Below are positions 1-12,028 of a DNA stretch of 64,000 bases, one piece after another. The number at the start of each line of letters is the position of its first letter. The first letter of the stretch is position 1. Made by a program: the position numbers and the translations under genes. This stretch comes from Camelus ferus. Taxonomy: Eukaryota. The notes under the pieces are model-generated. The model worked only from the letters and a program-made list of their open reading frames with translations. It had not been told where the DNA came from and made no database searches. The DNA lies in NCBI RefSeq assembly GCF_009834535.1, contig NC_045697.1, positions 14,200,001 to 14,264,000 of the forward strand, given 5' to 3'.

Positions 1-3000
1 TACTATATGCAGAGTTAAGTTAAAAAACATGAAAAAAATTGTTTCCTATTTTAGAATGTAAAAAATATAGCCTGTATATATACTCTGTGGATTAATGCAT
101 CCAATACCATGCTTGGTCAAATGTTATCTTTTCTTTTTACAAGTACTAAAGCAATTGGGGCAAAGATGTCTAAGGTCTGATTCTATCTCAGAAAACACAA
201 CGACAATTATTCTGCCACAGCAATATGTCCTTAAGTAGTTACAGATACCCTCAGGAGCAAGGTTGGAAGTATGATCGTGTGTTACATCACCACACGGTTT
301 CCTGTGTTGACTAAATCTCATGCTTATGTGTATAAAAGATGTCTCTTATTTCCAAGAATCTGCTGCTGACTGAATTTGCTTTTAAAAGCAATCAAACCAT
401 TTTCTATTGGTTTGAATCTAAAACTTAACTAGAAATGAAATTTTGAAGGGTAATTTTCTTAAATAAAAAGAAGCTCTGTAATTAGGTGACATATTATTAA
501 TTTAAAAGAACTCTTTAGATATGGGCAATAAGGATTTGAGCAATAACGTGTCTGAAACAACAAGAAAGCACTGCTCAAGGATACGTACCTTGTAAGTAGG
601 GGTCCAGATGCAAACCAATGCCTGACTGGGAGCAAGACATGCACTCTAATCTGGGGGCCTTCCCCTGGAACCAGTCCCTTCTTATTTGCTGCCATCTTCC
701 AGGCTTGGCATCTTTTCACAGAGACTGACCAATCCTTTGTCCCGAACGAGCCTGCCTTCTGCTGCCTCTTCAGCTTGCTATACACAATTCTCCCTTATGT
801 ACACTTGAAAAGAGTAAAGCCGTAGCCACAGAATGCTGGTGCAGACCGACATCTACTTTACTGACACATGAAAAACAGAAAGCGCCTATTCAGTGCCTAT
901 ACAATTAATTAATGAATTCCCCTGATGTTTATCTCACGTAGGGCAGGAGGGATACTGATGAATTTATGTAGCTAATGGGAAAAGCTCAAATTTCTCATCC
1001 TAGCACTAAAATCTATCAACTCTGGAGCCTCTCACAGTCCTTAATGACATCTATCCCATCTCACTTAGATATTGAGAGTAACATGGAAGAATGTGTAAGA
1101 AAACTCTTTAAAATGGCTCTACTCCAGAAATAGCAGGGGCGGCCCTAGAGGACAGGTTTAGGTTTTGCATCATTCAGTCCCAACCATCATTACTGCAGTG
1201 ACGTGGTTTAGATGATTTGATGTCATTCTCAATAGCAGAAGACTTCTTAGGGAATTTTGATAGAGAAAATTCTACCTAAAGTAAGTTATATATGTGAAGG
1301 AATTTTCTCTCCCCATAGCTTTCAGTACTATCGTTTTTTAAATTATTATTTTGTCATTTTATTTGCTGTGCTCATGTCCAATGGAAAGGCTTTATTTAGC
1401 AATAAGTCTTTGGTTCTCTTTACCCCCTTACTCTACTTTGAAGCAGAAGGAAGTACTGAATGTTGAGGAGCTCTCAAATTTGGCTGTATTTTTGTGTATA
1501 TTTGGGTTCTCATGATCTCTTAATAACAGTGACTCCTTCTGTTATTAATTCTGCCTCGAGATGCGTAAGGTCTTTACATCAAAGTCAGTGTATTTGCAAT
1601 CGTATGTGCAGTGTGTTTTAACTAGAGGGAATATTTTGGCAGCCTAATGATACTCTGTGGTTGGCATTCATCTTCCAACCTTTCAGAGCCTTCTTAAACT
1701 TCTTTGAATCTCAGAAAACATTTTTAAAATCCTGTTTTCACTTTAGTTAATAACCAGAGCCCATTGAGCCCAAAACAGTAGTTTAGCTTAACCAAGCCTT
1801 ACTCAATCTAATTTGGATTTATTTATTTTGAAAATGAAGTTAAATATTTCTGCAGTTTCAGTAGCTGTTGGAATTGACTACATTATTTAACTGTTCCAAT
1901 GAGGAAGCACTGAAAAACACCTCCTTTTTTGTTTATTTATTTGAGGAGGTAAGTTTTTCCATTTAAAACATTCAAAAGATATTTGTAGAGAAAACACCTT
2001 ATTCAGGACACTGCTAAACATTGAAAGTGATATGAAAATACATAAAACATTGCCCTCATCTAGCAGGCAGACTCTTTGGCTTTGATTCTTCATTGCAAGT
2101 TCAGATTAGGTCAGTTATCTCACCAGTACAAAGCCATCATTTCTCGTATTTCAAGAAAGTTAACAGCAAAATAGAGCTACTTTAATGATTTTTAAATAAA
2201 GAGAAACAATTTTTGGGGAATGCAAAGACTAATCAAACATTCTGGCAAACAAGCATTATGAAGCAACCCATTTCATCTCATTTAGAGCAAAAGAGAGCCC
2301 ATGAAATGATCTTTTTTTTTAATGAAACATCTTAATGTCCACATGTATAGCATACTTCCTCAAACCTTTCTGTTTTGAACTATGATGAACTTGACCTCAT
2401 GTGGTTGCACTTTGGTAACATCCGCTTATGTGTGTGTCCCATTTGGCACACCCTTTGCACCAGGAGGACATATATGTATCTTCAGAAATTCATGGTCCCT
2501 CAAGATCAGTTACCTGTATTTCTATGTTAACAACTGCATTTAATTAAGTTTGTAGAAGTAGGTATGATCTGGATAGTTTATTGACTCTATTATGAAGATC
2601 AGTTAACTATTGCTAATTGGTAGAAAAATTTCAGGATAATAAACACTAATAAAAAATACATCAGATCATTATTAAAAAGAATCTTCAGGAAAAATTACCT
2701 CTTTAAAAAAAAGTTAGAAGCAGAAACATACTATCCGTGAGTAATCCTTTACTTACTGATGGAACTAAATTCAATGATTGCTATCATATCTGATCAGGAT
2801 ACTAAATATTCAGATTGGAGACTGAGAATCTGCCTGTGGTAATGTGCGCTGGTGCCTGGGATTATAACCTTAAGCAGGGTATGGAACAAATAGGGCTGGC
2901 CTGGGTCAGCAAAAGAGGAGAAAAGAGAAATACTTTTCCTTCAGGTCCAATTCAATTAACCTGTTCCGGGATGACTCCCATAATCCCGTCAGCTGTGTCC

Positions 3001-5843
3001 AGGCTCTAATACAGTTCATCCATCTCCCTGCTGCATTGCAAGGTCTGTGAGAGGAGAGAGAATGGCACTTTTTATATGAGTAGAGAACAAATGGGAAATG
3101 TACACTTTTTTTTTTATGAATTGTATGGAATTTTTTAAATTAGATAATGAGAAACATTCAGGTCCATTTATCTGAATCTTTCTCAAACATGCCATTTATA
3201 TTCACCCGTCCTCTTGATTCCTGAGTTCATCCTCTCTACTTCCGATGGAGATAGTCATTATTTGGCAGCAAGATTGTCAGGATATCTGAGTCAGCAGGCT
3301 ACTCATCTAGTCCAGCCTGCAAGGGCGGACCTGAGACTGGGAGCTCCGAGCACAGATCTGCTACCAGTATTCCTCATTCTCTCTGCTTCCCTGCAAAATC
3401 CGTCAGGCTATCTTTCATTGATATTTATGAGTATTTTCCTTTGAAAAGCGATCAAATCAGTGCTATCTTTCACATTTTTCAACAACTGTTGTGTATCTGA
3501 TCTGTGCCAGATCACTTGCTAGTGAATACAATGAGGAAATACAAAAACACAAATGAAGGTATCTATCCCTGCCCTTGAGTAGTGTAAGAAATTAAATCTC
3601 ACTTATTTCCAGTAGGTTGCTTTTTTTGATACCTTCCTTTGCTATGCTGATTCAAATAATGAAAAATAGGTACCATTTTTCCAGGTTTTTCTTGAGCCCA
3701 ACAAGAGCTCAAAATGCAAATATTTGAAGAACGATGCGTTTGACCCTCCAAAACTCTGTGTCCTGGGGATGCTGTCAGGAATTCAACCAGACTTCCTCCC
3801 TGGTTCCAAGTCTATTTGAAACTGTCATAACGGATTAAATTGAACACTAGAATTCTGGTTCAGTTATTCAGATTGCTGTCATAAGTTCCCTTTCCATTAT
3901 TATCAATATTAATGATGCCTTCATACTGAAAAAAGAAAAAAAAAAAAAAACTAGTTCAGTTCAATTTATGAATAGGAATAAGAACAGGCCGTGATGTCAG
4001 GCCCAGAATCCTCCCAGTCCTTTTTATGCATCTATGATCCCCAGGAGACAGTCAGATTATTTCTATTTCAGAGAAAAAATAAACTAATCTGGTTCCACTA
4101 GCAAAACTAGTGTCAGTGAAGTGTTTCAACAGTGCCCTGTATTTATATGTAAAATTGTGTTTGTAGACATGGCCAACCTGACTTTACAGGGCTAAGTTTT
4201 GGAAAAATATAAATGAGATACTTATTAATTCAAATCCACCCTTTCCCATTGCTCTATTAGTGTAAAACAAATTAATGTTTTAAACAGAGTAGTTTGAGTT
4301 AGAAAATTCCCAAAATCCTGATCCAGGGACAAAATGACCAGCCTCTTCTCTGCTGAGCAGGCTTTGAGAACTGAATGAGACTCAGCAGGACATACTGTTG
4401 CCCAAATTTCTTGGTAGATAGAAAGCAACTGATTGTCCATCCAATAACGCTTCAAAAATGTCTTCCCTCTGTATAGCAGTTTACCTTACCAAAAGAAAAA
4501 GTCTCTTTAGGGATAATAATGAACTTTGCATCTGTGTAATGTAGTTTTCAATAATCAATGAAATTACAAATCATTCAGCCCGTTTACAGGCCACGATGCT
4601 GTCTCTATTCTAGTCACTAAGTGAAACTTAAGGGATACTGGAAAATTAAGCATTTATCTTACATCTCTAATTTTTCCAGATTGTAATTTCCCCAGAGTAA
4701 GGACTTTGTCATGCACATCCTTTAATCATTTGCTGGGTCTAGCTCAAAATATCTCCACCCGCCCCCCAATATTTTATTATGAAAATTGTTCAACTGAAGC
4801 AGCTTTGTATTTTGGTCAAATAAAATAGTCTCACTTGTAAATTAATCCTACTATATGTGATTAATTTCCTTCTACACTATTCTTACTCATTTCAGGAAAC
4901 ATTTCATATTAACTCTCAGATTATGTAAGATCTTCATTATTCATTGACTTGTCAAATGAATCACTAGAGTTATGCATTTTCAATAATGCAGTAAGTTAAA
5001 CCAATATTTTTATAAGAAAAAGTGTGTTTAAGGAAGTGTGTGTGTGTAGAAAATGCAAATCATTTTTAGTGACAAGATTCAACTCAGGTGTCATCCATTC
5101 ATCGTGAGCTTTGATGTCTTTGACATAATTTAAGTTAATAAAACTCTTTGAGATTATTATTTTATAATTAGTGATCATATAGATGTTGGCAGTTATTAAT
5201 TACAGCTATCATTCGAAGTTCAAGCCACTCTCCAGATTTATTGTAAAGTAGATGAAACAGACATTGGACTCACTTTTCTCCCCCTTTACAAGACACAGCA
5301 GTTTGGGATTCTTTTGTCTTTGTCACCTTTAATACCCCATGGGGAGGAGAATTTCATTACCGTTTGAGTAGCCTGTCTTGCAGACCTCACCTGTGAACAC
5401 CAGCTCCTCTTGGAGAGGGGGCTAAGGGTTGATTGGTCCAAGTCAGTCAACCAAGCATCATAGTGCTTTGTAGAGAGGCAACCAGCCCTGGCAGCATATG
5501 TACGGCTAAACTACCCTGAAATGCTGTGTTCAGACCTTGACCCTTTTGAAGTGCAAAGGTCATGGTCAGGAGCTACTTCCTGTCCTTGTGCATTACTTAC
5601 TACAGACCCTGAGAGAAGCTCAAAGACCTAAAAGAACATTTCAGGCATGGGAGAGCCACATGGAATGAAATAAGAAAGGAAAGAGACCTAAAAGAAAAAG
5701 AAATAAGGAAAGAAAATGGGGGTTGGGGGAGGGATGGGGAAAAAGGAAGAGAAAAAGAAGAGAAAGAGAAGGAAAGACATAGTAGCGTCAGTTGGAAATT
5801 GTATTCCCCACTATAAACCTCCAGTTATGTAGAACTTACCACC

Positions 5844-6242
5844 TATATTGGTTTGCTAGGGATCCTATAAGTAGCATATATTGGGTGGCTGAAACTTCAG
5901 AAATTTACTGTCTCACACTTCTAGAGATTAGAAGTCCAAAATCAAGGTGTCAGTGGTGTTAGTTCCTTTTGAGGGCTGTGAAGGAAGGATGTGTTGCAGA
6001 TTTCTCTACCTGGCCTGTAGATGGTCATCAGCCCCCATCTGTCTCTTCACATGGGCTTCCCTCTAGGCCCAGTGTCCTTGTCCTCTAAGACCATGAGCCA
6101 TATTGGATTAAGGCTCACCCTAAGGACCTCATTGAACTTGATGACATCTATAAAAACCCTGCCTCCAAAAAAGGTCACATTCTGAAGTACTGGAGGACCA
6201 CAGCATATTTTTTTGAGGGAGAGGGTTATTCAGCCTATAACA
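5844..6242 (-). mobile_element. MaLR solo LTR (MLT1B/C-like)
   Basis: Typical reverse-strand MLT1 motifs: ttgctaggg..., cagaaatttactgtctcacacttctag...agaagtccaaaatcaaggtgtcag, ...aaggtcacattctgaagtactgg...ttcagcctataaca. Confidence 0.8.
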
Positions 6243-6589
6243 CCACTTTACTATATTTCAGACTCTTGATTTCTCCCTCAGAAAACCTGGTCTTTTCAGT
6301 ATTTTCTATGTCACTGAAAAGCACTTCCAGATATACATACCAGAAACCTAGAAGTCTCGGACAGCTTCCTCTCTCCCCTGGACACCACGAATGTTTCCTG
6401 TGCACCTTTAAACAACTGGTCACAGGACACCTGTCTTCCATGACCTCTCATCTTAAATTTCTGCTGCATAGAAAATAGCTCATTCAGAAGGTCTTCCAAC
6501 TTTTAAACACTATACTTCCTCCATCCCCCTGAAGCAAAATACCCATCTTGATTTAAAAAATAAATCCTCACCCAATCCATTGCAAATTG

Positions 6590-7210
6590 GCATCTATTTC
6601 GTTTCCTAAACATCTCTCCAGGCCATCCATATCTCCTCTACCGCCACCTGAGTACCAGCTAAGTCATCTCTCATATCCATTTGTATCTGCCCCTGTGCGA
6701 TCCATCCTCCACTAGAGCCAGAACCTTCTTTCCAAAGTACTGATGTCGTCTGGCCGTCCTCCAGCTTAAAACCCTTCGGTGGCACCCACTGGCTCATAAA
6801 GTAAAGACATTCTGCCACGTGGCCCCTACCAGCCTCTGTAGCTTCCTCTGTCACCATGCTCTCCCCGGCTCACTCCTAGGCTCTCAGAGCTCATAAGTTC
6901 CACATCACCTCCTGCACAGAGTCCCTGCCAGTGCTCTTTATTCCCCCTTCACCCTCAGTCCAAGTCTCACAGCTTCAGAAAAACCTCCCTCATGGTCTAT
7001 CCCGCTTCTAGGGCACCAAGGTTTTTATTAGCATTCATCTCTCTGGCAGTTTTGCAGTTACTTGTGAAATTAGTAGATCAATATCTTTCTCCTCCTCCTC
7101 TCATGCAGAATCTCATGAGAGAACACAGATATCATGTTGTTGTTGTTTGTTGTTGTTGTTGTTGTTGTTATTCACCATTTGCACTCTTAGCATTAACACA
7201 AGCCCTCATG
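6590..7210 (+). mobile_element. LINE-2 3' fragment
   Basis: L2-like motifs: tccatcctccactagagccaga...cagcttaaaacccttcggtggcacccactggctcataaagtaaag; pyrimidine-rich and highly diverged. Confidence 0.65.
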
Positions 7211-8002
7211 TATAGTTTTCATTATGGTGGTAAAAATCTGGTGGTTTGCTACGAGAATTATTTGAAAAAAAATCCATAGACAGATCATGCCCTAGATCTC
7301 TCAGAAGTTTGTAGAATAATTCTAAAACTATTTCAGGAAGTGTGGAATGTAATAAGGAATGTAAACAGAAAGATAAGATACCAGAAATACAAATGAAGGT
7401 GAAAGGAAGGGTCCCTTGTGGTTAAGAAAGAAGGAACATTAATATTAGATCCATGGATCTAAAATGAAGCAGGACACAAAGCCAACTCCAGCTCCTGTTT
7501 TCCATAAGAACCATCAAGTGCACTGAGATTTCTGCCCCACTGCAATAACATTCACAATATTGGTACCTCCGCGATACCTGGGCCCGTGCTCACACTTTGT
7601 TTTTACCACTGAATGCAGTAATGTTGCTTTGTTCAGCTGCAGCAGGATGCTGTCTCTACAAACTTGCTATCTGCATTATCCATCTCTTTAGAAGCATTTT
7701 TCGCTTTTTTAAAAAAGATTTTTATAGCCACAGTTGACCTTGCACAACTTCAATTCCATAACCTCATTTTACCAATGAAGAATTGGGGCTCAGAGCAATA
7801 AAATATTTCCCTTCCCTGAAGCCAGTCCTGTGTTTTATGTTGAATGAGTTGCAGCAGGCCATTCCACGCGGTAACTCAGCAGCCCAGGTGTCACTGCACC
7901 CACTTAAGAGTAGTTTCTGCCCAGGATCTCTTCATGCTGGCTCACTCCTCACTCCAAGCAGAGCATTAACTCTGATGATCCAGCTTTTACTGCTCCACCC
8001 TC

Positions 8003-8127
8003 AAGGTGACCGTAGCATTTATCACCCAGATCAGGGTGTCTGTGTGAGTGCTCTATTGAAAATTACCTTGGGACAGCAGGTATAAACCAGGACTGTCCTG
8101 AGCGAAGCAGAATGTATGGTCACATTA
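8003..8127. mobile_element. MER81/MER94-like hAT DNA-transposon relic (MITE)
   Basis: aggtgaccgta ... tatggtcacatt degenerate terminal inverted repeats around ~120 bp containing gggacagcaggtataaaccaggactgtcc. Confidence 0.6.
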
Positions 8128-8524
8128 TCCGCTACATCAGATTCTTCAGAGAAACCACATGTGCAGATGTTCAGTAAGCAGTGAATTATGTCTTCTCCTG
8201 GACTCTGAGGATTCATGCCCTTTGGGGGAAGTGGGCATCACTCTTACCTCCCTCCCTCACAGCTCTTACTAGTGTAAGTGCAGAACCTGGCCATTTCCAG
8301 TCCCACTCTCTGCCTTACTTACATGACAGACACAGTCAGAGAGAGGTGATCTAAACACTACACATCACTTCCTTACCGAAAAAGGTGCCTCTTGAGGACA
8401 CGTGGTGCTTTTTCTTCGTAAGTTATTCACTGGTCATTCACTGACTTCTATTATCCTGAAGAAGTAACAGCACACTCCTTGGTTAACCAGTCTGTTTCTT
8501 CTCCAAAACACAGACAACCAGTAC

Positions 8525-8526
<2 letters not shown>

Positions 8527-8578
<52 letters not shown>
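8527..8578. repeat. (AC)n microsatellite, ~26 units, uninterrupted
   Basis: Directly visible. Confidence 0.97.
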
Positions 8579-8580
<2 letters not shown>

Positions 8581-9286
8581 CTTTAACTACTCATCAGCAA
8601 AAAAAAGCTGAAAACTAGGAGCACAAGGAAGAATAATTTGCTTGTCTGATCAAAACTGAAATCATAAATGCCAGGCAACCAGTGTGTGCCAAGCTGTTTC
8701 TTTTTCACTGGGGACTTTTAAGGGTCCAGGCGGAAAGCAAGTAAGTAGGATTCCCTGGGATTTCATGGAGTGGATTTGGAGACAAATTAGGAAGCCAAGG
8801 TTTGTTTAGACCCTATCTTGAGGGGTTCCTGGGCACTGAAATTTAATTTGTGTCCAGACTTAACCATTTCAGTGGGCTGACTTACCTTTCCTGGTGCCAC
8901 GTTAAAAATATAAAGACCTGATTATAAGCTAATAGATTACAACGTATGTGTAGCGGAATAAAGAACGTTTCCACCTGTCCGTTCTGTCACCTTATGCACA
9001 TTATCATTTCAGGAGGAGAGACAGCTATTGATGATACTCTCTCAGGCAGGCGCTGGACCATCAAAGAAGCAAATTCAGTTGCCTTCCTTTCCATCATTTT
9101 CCCCTGATTTTTCCGCTCACTCAGCACTAGCTGTGACTACACATATCCCTAAAATAAAAACCAAAGAAAAAGTACGTAACGTCCTCCCAACACCATGAGT
9201 TTTGGCAGAAGTTGCATGTGAGTACGTTACTGTCAGTGCCTTTTATTTCCACTCTTCCTAGAAAACCAGTGCATCTTTCAAAGTGC

Positions 9287-9425
9287 TTCTTTTTTTTTTT
9301 TAATTTTTGGGGGGTGGTAATTAGGCTTATATATTTATTTTTAGGGGAAGTCCTGGGGATTGAACCCGGCACCTTGTGCGTGCTAAGCATGCGCTTTACC
9401 ACTTGAGCTATATCCTCCCCACCCG
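9287..9425 (-). mobile_element. tRNA-derived SINE, Vic-1-like (camelid)
   Basis: Reverse strand reads ggggaggatatagctcaagtggtaaagcgcatgcttagcacgcacaaggtgccgggttcaatccccagg... (A box TAGCTCAAGTGG, B box GGTTCAATCC) with an A tail. Flanked by TSD AGTGCATCTTTCAAA at 9268-9282 and 9426-9440. Confidence 0.9.
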
Positions 9426-11383
9426 AGTGCATCTTTCAAATGCCTGGTTTTCCTTTGCTGGCTGAGAGGTAGATACACCAACTGGCGTTTGTCTGTGGGG
9501 CAGGCGTGCTCCATTTCCCATCTTCCCCTGAGCTCCTGAGTCTTACCACTGTGGGACACTCTTTGAACTTGAAAAGCTGCCTTCCCCCACACACAGCAGA
9601 ACCCAGTGTAATTAGAACAAATAAAGAAACAGGTCAATGAAAACACATTGAATTTTAAAAAACATTTATTTTTAATATATAGTCAGGAAAAAATGTTAAA
9701 GTAATGTTTAAAGGAAAGAGCATAAGCTAGTTATTATGAATGAGTGACAGATTATTAAGTAAAGATTAGACAGAAAAACAAAATGTCTAAAGGCTAAAAT
9801 GATACCCAAGTCGAATATAAATATGTCATCAAGACAGAGTTCTTGCTTTAAAAAGCATGAGTCTTTCTTTCAGTAACTGTTATTTTAGTATTTCACCATA
9901 GTGTACTCTAGACAGATAGAAAGGCAGATATTCCAAGCATACTGCTCTCAGGGATCTTCCACTCAAAGAAGAATGAGATAAACAGCAGTAAATATTGAAT
10001 GCATCTGAAACAGCGCAGCCTTGCAACCTAACCTTACATGGTTGTCATGAACATGAAATGACTGCATATTTGTACAAAGTTTAAAACTGCCTGATACACA
10101 GTACTGAGCACTACATACATGTTTAAGTCAGTAAATACATGCATGCTATGTATGTGCAGTTAACGAAGTATTACCTTAAAAGGAGAGTGTAAAGCAAAGG
10201 GATGTGCTGCAAACTCCTAATGTTTTAATCAATGTTGTTTTAAATCCATACACTTTGAACAAATAAAAATTCTAATAATTTCTTGGATGCTGCCTATAGG
10301 TGGATCACTTCATTCATTTATTGCATATAAAATAATTAGAAAGTAATTTAAAAGTAAGTTAGGAAAGGGGAGAACTTTTTAATTGTACACCTTTCCAGCC
10401 ACCTTAAAATCTCACACAATGATTGGGAAAGTCTTCCCACTGAAAATCATACTTGGCCTAATGTATCTGAAAATAAAATATAACCATGTTGTTTGTATTT
10501 GAAGAAATTTCCGAAGAGATAAGCAGACCAGCAATTCAACACAGAGTGTCTAGAATCTGCATGGTTGGGCTTGTGGTTCCCATATGTGGATGACAATTAT
10601 TCTTTATAAGATAATGATGCTCAGAAAGAAGTGTATGTTCTCTATCTCGACTGAGTCTCCTCTCACTGTTTTCTTTCTGCTGTGATGGATGTAGCTGAGG
10701 GGGATTCTGTTGACCTATTACGATAAGTCGTGAAAGGAAAACAGTCTTTTTCGTCTAGACTTAAAAAACCCTGGCGACTGTAAGGATTTGAGGATTGTTT
10801 TCTCAAACATGAAACAACAGAACAAGCCAGACATAAAGGGGTGCGTAGCAAGTGATTCGGTTTATGTCCAGCTCCACACCAGGCACAGCTAATGTGTGGT
10901 CCTGTCAGGGTGGCGGCTACTTACCCTCGGGGGCAGGCTTCTGGGATGAGGGTAACTGGTGTGTTTTCAGATGTGGATGCTGCTTACATGAGTGGGTTCG
11001 GTTTGTGACTATTTATTAGCTACTTATTTATCTTTTTGGTGTATGTTAAACCTTCATAAAAAGTCCAGAGTGAAAAAGTATAATAATAAAAGAACAGAAG
11101 TGAAAAGCATTCAGACTTCCTTTTCCTATAGTATACTGTTTCCAATAGTTATTCAGAAGGGGCTCCAATTAGTCACAGATCACAATAGTTCTGTTGTCTC
11201 AAATCACAAGACGGTTTAGCAGCAGAGCCAGCATTTTGGATCTTCTGCTTCTGTGTCTTGTGATTTTTAAATTTTTTTTCCCAATCACAAGCTATGCTAA
11301 CCTCCAAGGCCCATGACACAGCCTGCTGGCAGGAACCCCATCAGCCTTTCTCTGTGACCTAACACCGTTTGGCATGTTGACAG

Positions 11384-11477
11384 GCGAGTTGTGTGAGGAG
11401 AAGCTGGACTTCTGTGCCCAGGACCTGAACCCCTGCCAGCACGACTCCAAGTGCATCCTGACGCCAAAGGGATTCAA
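11384..11477 (+). CDS. SLIT2: SLIT2 coding exon (human-equivalent exon 30), EGF-like repeat 4
   Basis: ttgacag|GC GAG TTG TGT... translates (G)[30 protein letters not shown](K), matching SLIT2; ends TTC AA|gtaagt; 94 nt; branch-point-like CCTAAC at 11358-11363. Confidence 0.97.
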
Positions 11478-11895
11478 GTAAGTCGGAGGCCCCCTTGGGG
11501 CTCACGGTCCGGGGAGGAGGGCGTCTCTTTGAGGAACTCTTCTTGCAGGACCTAGCTTCACATTTTGCTCACGGTTAACAGGACATACACACCAGCGTCA
11601 ATGATATTTTTATAAATGTTTAGATATAGCTCGGACTATTTTTTTAGCACAATGAAGAAGGTAAAACAAAGTGTTGCCTTTTGTTCTCTGACTCTTCCTG
11701 GGAAGTTATGTATGAAATAAAACAGCCTTTGGCTATGTTTGATTAAATTTATTTGAAGGCCAAATACATTTATAATGTCCACTAGCTGCTTTATTATCTG
11801 AATGGAAGTCTGTGGTAAAATAGGAAGTTTAATTTAATGTAACTGAAAATGTTCTGGTCTGCAACAATACTTTAACCATCCACGGGGCAGAAGAC

Positions 11896-12028
11896 GGAGT
11901 GACCGTATGTCCCAGGTTGGCCCAGTGCAGTAGCAGTTTATGCCTGTTGTCTTAAATGTAATTATTAATAGTGTCCCTTTCACTTCCCATATGTGTTGTC
12001 AGGTCATGATAGAGCACACAGTCACTCC
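11896..12028. mobile_element. MER81/MER94-like hAT DNA-transposon relic (MITE)
   Basis: Perfect 8-bp inverted ends GGAGTGAC (11896-11903) / GTCACTCC (12021-12028); the interior resembles the 8003 element in the opposite orientation. Confidence 0.6.

Noticed and set aside
5624..5696. 13-bp direct repeat AGACCTAAAAGAA, 60 bp apart
   Set aside because: Only two copies within purine-rich low-complexity sequence; no array structure or enclosed element.
9340..9420. tRNA-Ala-like gene on the minus strand
   Set aside because: It has a unique 3' extension, an A tail and TSDs, and the anticodon arm is degenerate, so it is a SINE rather than a tRNA.
1..11383. Additional SLIT2 exon or alternative microexon upstream of exon 30
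   Set aside because: I found no EGF-like coding segment or convincing small exon with matching splice phase; the preceding exon is presumably upstream of the window. A microexon cannot be excluded by eye.
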